Shown here: positions 58,699 through 64,000 of the stretch, one piece after another
How positions within the stretch are numbered: the first letter of the stretch is position 1
Layout of the letters: each line of letters starts with the position of its first letter
Position numbers and translations under genes: made by a program
Assembly (NCBI GenBank): GCA_964016885.1
Contig: OZ024745.1
Span: forward strand, 24,800,001-24,864,000
From: Eledone cirrhosa
Taxonomy: Eukaryota
Direction: 5' to 3'
DNA length: 64,000 bases
The notes under the pieces: model-generated
What the model saw: only the letters and a program-made list of their open reading frames with translations
What the model was told of the DNA's origin: nothing
Database searches by the model: none

Positions 58699-59202
58699 TC
58701 ATTTAAGAATGAAGGAGAGGCGGTCTTCCTCTGTCTGGTGGCTATGGCGAAAGAGGTAATATGGTGGACGAGGTTAAAAGGACTGAGGGCAAGCACCTTT
58801 CTCTCCGGACAACAACTCATCCCTTTCTTTAAGTACCACTTCAGAAAGAAGGTGAGAGTGGAGAGAGAGGTGCTACACCCCAGTAAATTTGCTGAAAGGT
58901 GGATCAAAATGGCCCGGGTGAATGGGCCTTCTCTGTATATAAACCTGTAGATTGAGGAAGATAAACAGAGGGAAGGCAGGTACACCTACAAAACGTGTTC
59001 CTGGTGTTGAGGGTTGTTCTATCCACGGGGTGTAAAACAATCCCGCAGTAGCGTTACCCCCCCCCCCCTAATGGGGATTTCAATTGTTTTATTTTTATAT
59101 AGTTTATTATTATTTATCATTGTTAAAGATTTTATGTAAAATCCCCGCCGTCACGTCTTGTAATGTCCCATTTTTGTACGCCCCTGTGGCAAATAAAGAA
59201 AG
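58699..59202 (+). mobile_element. Tx1 LINE 3' fragment
   Basis: MAKEVIWWTRLKGL...ERWIKMARV; same GTGGCAAATAAAGAAA end as the 27.1 kb copy. Confidence 0.85.
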
Positions 59203-59223
59203 ATATCTATATGATATGATATG

Positions 59224-59255
<32 letters not shown>

Positions 59256-59420
59256 ATATATATATATTTTTTTTATTTAGGTTTGTTGGTTCACCACTGG
59301 ATAGAATTGGTCATTCCGTATGGTCAATCTTGATGCAATATTATGGAGAGTACTCAACGTAATGCAGCTCACCCGTCTTCATTTGTGTAGTTGGTGGTGC
59401 GAGTACGGAGTTAATTATTA

Positions 59421-60499
59421 TAAATAAAATAACTGGAGGCTGGACTGGTGTAAATCCTTGAAAGATTTATTATACTATGATCATTTCAATGACCGGGTTC
59501 CGTATGAATCCGGTGATATCATCAGGTATTCGAAATATAACAAAGGAACATAACAGATAAAATCCATGGGTCCGAAAATCAAAGACAAAGAGGACGACTG
59601 ACCAACTAGCTGCTTTCACCTCGGTCAGTCGCCCTCAAGTGATGGCTACTCGGTCTACTAATGACCATCTGGTGAGGGGGCGAAGGCTTATAATGTACTA
59701 CCACCTCTTCGTCAAAGAGAAAAAAAGAAGAAAGAAAGAAAGAAGAAAAGTCAGCGTAAGGGTCACACTATAGTCAGGCTAGAAATCGCCGCGAAAAATG
59801 TTATTCCAAAGAACCTATACTTTAACAAAGGCATATATAATGGGTGTCTCTATGGTCTAATGTGTGAACAGAAAATTGGAACGTTAAACTTATGTTTAGA
59901 GTTATAGGATGAAATTAAATTAAAAATTAAAAAAATTATTCAAAATTAGAGGTTTGGGTTGCGAGATTTATTTAATGAAATTACAAAGAGTCTTGTATGA
60001 AAAAGTTTAAGTGTATTATAGGGAATCTCGATAAGTTATCAGGGTGGGATATAGAGTAAAGATTAAAGCCTTCGATTGCAAATCCCAGCCAGCACCTCCT
60101 AACCACGTGTCAGCCAGATCCGAGTGGTATCGTCTAGCGAAAGAAATGGAAATTAATTGTTCCGAGTACTCTAGGAACGTAACTGTCTTAGGCTCCAGGT
60201 GTGCTAGCGGGAAGTCTACCATCTTCGACAGGCCACCGTCTACACCAAACGAATACTATTAATTAACACAGGATGAGTTTATTTACGTGCCAGTAGAGGG
60301 AGGCATGATACAGCTAATAGTTATGCTTAGGCCTAGAGTTAATAGGTATAATATGGCGGTCAAAAGAGGCCTAATTTTCTGTTCACACATTATACCATAC
60401 AGACGCCTTCTATATATGCCTCTGTTAAGATATAGGTTCTTTGGAATAACATTTTTCGCGGCGTTTTCTAGCCTGACTGTAGTGTGACCCTTACGCTGA

Positions 60500-60559
<60 letters not shown>

Positions 60560-60859
60560 TTTTTTTCTCTTTGACGAAGAGATGGTAGTACATTATAAGC
60601 CTTCGCCCCCTCACCAGATGGTCGTTAGTAGACCAAGTAGCCATCACTTGAGGGCGACTGACCGAGGTGAAAGCAGCTAGTTGGTCAGTCGTCCTCTTTG
60701 TCTTTGATTTTCGGACCCATTTTATCTGTTATGTTCCTTTGTTATATTTCGAATACCTGATGATATCACCGGATTCATGCGGAACCCGGTCATTGAAATG
60801 ATCATAGTATAATAAACCTTTCAAGGATTTACACCGGTCCAGCATCCTGTTATTTTATT

Positions 60860-60861
<2 letters not shown>
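59421..60861 (+). mobile_element. Truncated PLE with about 460-490 bp inverted pseudo-LTRs
   Basis: 59421-59878 versus 60370-60861; hammerhead in each arm; weak GIY-YIG-like remnant in the spacer. Confidence 0.8.
60753..60810 (+). ncRNA. Type I hammerhead (mirror copy 59472-59529, - strand)
   Basis: ATAC-CTGATGA-tatcACCGG...CCGGTcatt-GAAA-TGATCA-TA^GTAT. Confidence 0.75.
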
Positions 60862-60909
<48 letters not shown>

Positions 60910-61081
60910 AAAATGTTTAACCCCGACGGCAGAGATATTTCTGGACTATATATATATATATATATATAACGAACGAAGTGTGGTAAGGAACCAGATGGAC
61001 AATGCACCAGAGTGCTCAGTCCAAAAATAGCCATCGATAGCTCTACCGTCGGGGTTAAAAAAAACATTTTCTTATATATAT

Positions 61082-61112
<31 letters not shown>

Positions 61113-61113
<1 letters not shown>

Positions 61114-61512
61114 GTTTCTTTTATTTGCCACTAGGGCATCAAAAGTGGGACAAGTACAAAGGGGGGAGTTTACACAAAAAGGCGTCCTCAATAAGGAGGA
61201 GGCAATAACAAAATATAAAAATAAAATAAGATATAACAAAAAATAAAATTTTTAACAAAATCCTCAATAGAGAGGAGGCGCCTTGGGGGGTCGCACACAC
61301 CCCCGAAAAAGGTGTGCAACCCTTCTCCTCAGGAGCACAGAGAAGGGGTGCTCCCTTGGTCTTTCATCTTCCTCACCTATAGTCTGATGTAGAGTGAAGG
61401 CCCATTCACACGGGCCATTCTCGCCACTTTCACCCATCTTTCATAAAAACGACTGGGGTGCAGCACCTCTCTCTCCATCCTGATCCTTCTTCCGAAATGA
61501 TATCGGAAGAAA
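61113..61512 (-). mobile_element. Tx1 LINE 3' fragment (different subfamily) inside (GATA)n
   Basis: Homologous to the 27.1-27.5 kb end; (GATA)n on both sides. Confidence 0.85.
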
Positions 61513-61517
61513 TATAT

Positions 61518-61552
<35 letters not shown>

Positions 61553-62077
61553 TCGATATGTATGTTAGTTTATTCGTTCGAAGAGATGCGTCGTCGGGGT
61601 GATGCTGACGAGAAGAAAAGAGAAGAAGGGAAATAACTCCTCCTCTCAGATATTATGGCAACTAACAGTGGTGGTTGTGGTGATGGCAGTAGTAGAGGGA
61701 TGATGGTAGTAACGTCTTTTGTTAGTTAGATTGGTTGAAGGTGTAGGGGTAATAACTGGTGAGGGGGTGAAAACTAAAAAAAAGGAGCGACCGATGGCAA
61801 AAAAACTGCTAGTTACTAGATGTAACTAATAATATCTGCTGTCGCTTAAAGGGCGTTAGTCTCGTCTTTGTTGTTTATTTGATGTTGTTATTGCTGCTGT
61901 TTTGATGTTGATGATGATGGTGGGGAGGGTAAGATGTTGGTGTTGGTGATGGTGGTGATGGTGGCCGGGTGTGGAGGAGGAGGAGGAGCCGGTTGTTGCT
62001 GATATTTTAAGGTTGATGTTTATTTCATGTGCTTTTTTTTTAAGTTATTGATGCGTGTTGTTGTCGTTGATGTAGTT

Positions 62078-63290
62078 GTGGTGGTGGTGGTGGTGGTGGT
62101 GGTGGTGGTGGTGGCGGTGGTGGTGGTGGTAGTGGTGGTGGTGGTAGTGGTGGTGGTGATGGTGGTGGTAGTGGTGGTGGTGGTAGTGGTGGTGGTGATG
62201 GTGGTGGTGGTGGTGGTAGTGGTGGTGGTGGCGGTGGTGGTGGTGGTGGTGGTGGTGGTGGTGGTGGTGGCGGTGGTGGTGGTGGTAGTGGTGGTGGTGG
62301 TAGTGGTGGTGGTGATGGTGGTGGTGGTGGCGGCGGTGGTGGTGGTAGTGGTGGTGGTAGTGGTGGTGGTGATGGTGGTGGTGGTGGCGGCGGTGGTGGT
62401 GGTGGTGGAGGTGGTGGTGGTGGTGATGGTTGTGGTGGTGGTAGTTGTGGTGGTGGTAGTGGTGGTGGTGGTGGTGGTGTGGTGGTGGTGGTGGTGGTGG
62501 TAGTAGTGGCGATGGTGGCGGTGGTTGTGGTGGTGGAGGTGGTGGTGTGGGTGGTGGTGGTGGTGGTGGTGGTAGTAGTGGCGATGGTGGCGGTAGTTGT
62601 GGTGGTGGTGATGGTAGGTGGTTGTCGTGGTAGTGGAGAAAGTACAGGTTTTAATAGTATCGTAGAGTAGTGTAACATAGTGTAGTGTGGTGTAGTGTAG
62701 TGTAGTGTAGTGTAGTGTAGTTTAATGTAATGTAGTGTGATGTAGTGTAGTGTAGTGTAGAGTATTGTAGTGTAGTGTAGTATAGTATAGTGTAGTATAG
62801 TATAGTATAGTATAATGTAGTGTAGTGTATTTTATTGTAATGTAGTGTAGTGTAGTATAGTGTTGAGTACTGCATTGTATTGTACCGTAGTATAGTGTAG
62901 TGTAATGTAGTGTAGTTTAATGTATTGTAGTGTAGTGTAGTATAGTATAGTGCAGCATAGTATAGTTTAGTGTTGTGTAGTGTATTGTAGTATGGTGTAG
63001 TGTAGTGTGGTATAATGTATTGTAGTGTAGTGTATTATAGTGTAATGTAGTGTAGTATAAGGAAGTGGTGTAGGAAGTGTAGTATAATGTAGTTTAATGT
63101 TGTGTAGTGTGGTTTGATGAAGTGTCGTGTAATGTAGTGTAGTGTAATGTAGTGTAATGTAGTGTTGGTTGTGTAGTGTTGTGTAGTGTAGTGTAATGTA
63201 GTGTAATGTAGTGTTGTGTAGTGTAGTGTAATGTAGTGTAATGTAGTGTAGTATATTGTAGTGTGGTGTAAAGCAGTATTATGCGATGTA
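62078..63290. repeat. (GGT)n tract followed by a (GTGTA)n pentamer array
   Basis: Direct reading. Confidence 0.92.
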
Positions 63291-63300
63291 GCATTGCGTG

Positions 63301-63392
<92 letters not shown>

Positions 63393-63448
63393 GAGAAGAA
63401 AGAAGAATACTGCGTGGTTGCACATGGGTTACATATGATAAAATTAGT

Positions 63449-63506
63449 CCCTCGTCAGTGATCTTCCAACCTTCATTGGTATTTCATCGCATTAAAAATC
63501 ATATAG
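63449..63506 (-). ncRNA. Candidate permuted hammerhead-like motif, second sequence family
   Basis: Minus strand TATA^TGATTTTT...T-GAAA-TA...GAAGATCA-CTGACGA-G. Confidence 0.4.
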
Positions 63507-63591
63507 CTCAGATTGGTGCGAGCAATAACTAAAAAAGTTATTGGGACCAGTAAATCGCGTAAAGCGAGGGGGACAAGTAAACAACATAGAA

Positions 63592-63636
<45 letters not shown>

Positions 63637-63818
63637 GAAGGAATTGTGTTGAGGAACCAGGGGGACCATAACGCACCAGAGTACTCAATACTTAGGGGTA
63701 GTAGAGTGGGTGAGAGGAAAATGTTCAAGACCCCAACGGCAGAGCTCAAGCCGTTTCGACGGCTATTTCTGGACGTCGAAACCGCTTGAGCTCTGCCGTC
63801 GAGGTCTTGAACATTTTC

Positions 63819-63849
<31 letters not shown>

Positions 63850-63868
63850 GAGGTATCCACAGTAAGTT

Positions 63869-63910
<42 letters not shown>

Positions 63911-63914
<4 letters not shown>

Positions 63915-64000
63915 AAGTTTTATTTAAATTGTTGGGTTACAACGAGTAAATATTTATAACTGATATAAAAGCACTCAACAAGTATTTGGAGTATATTTAC
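63911..64000 (-). repeat. Repeat terminus homologous to 56740-56830, inverted
   Basis: GTTGAGTGCTTTTATATCAGTTATAAA..CTCGTTGTAACCCAACAA is shared; both copies abut (TA)n. Confidence 0.75.

Noticed and set aside
61578-61612. Further permuted hammerhead (GAAG...CTGACGA)
   Set aside because: No GAAA and no complementary cleavage strand.

Overview
AT-rich, microsatellite-dense eukaryotic DNA with one 200-N gap. The SINE, Penelope and Tx1 repertoire suggests a cephalopod (octopus-like) genome; this is an inference. No host protein-coding gene or tRNA/rRNA gene can be supported, and nearly all listed ORFs are read-throughs of simple repeats. The window is a retroelement graveyard. It holds about 15 copies of a tRNA-derived SINE, a decayed Tx1/L1-clade LINE plus two 3' fragments, RLE-type LINE remnants and Tc1/mariner MITEs. 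It also holds many Penelope-like element (PLE) pieces: a near-complete RT + GIY-YIG copy at 31.9-35.3 kb, and truncated copies with inverted pseudo-LTRs. Hand-folding gives about 13 canonical type I hammerhead ribozyme motifs, mostly in PLE-like termini. The most unusual signal is a hammerhead-like motif whose three strands occur in a non-circularly permuted, pseudoknotted order (NUH strand, then GAAA strand, then CUGANGA strand). It occurs at 38-93, 40225-40285 and 40998-41058, with an unrelated-sequence version at 63449-63506 (-). The 40.2 and 41.0 kb copies sit in direct repeats 773 nt apart in a non-coding element inserted in (TA)n, resembling a retrozyme. All folds are by eye and untested.
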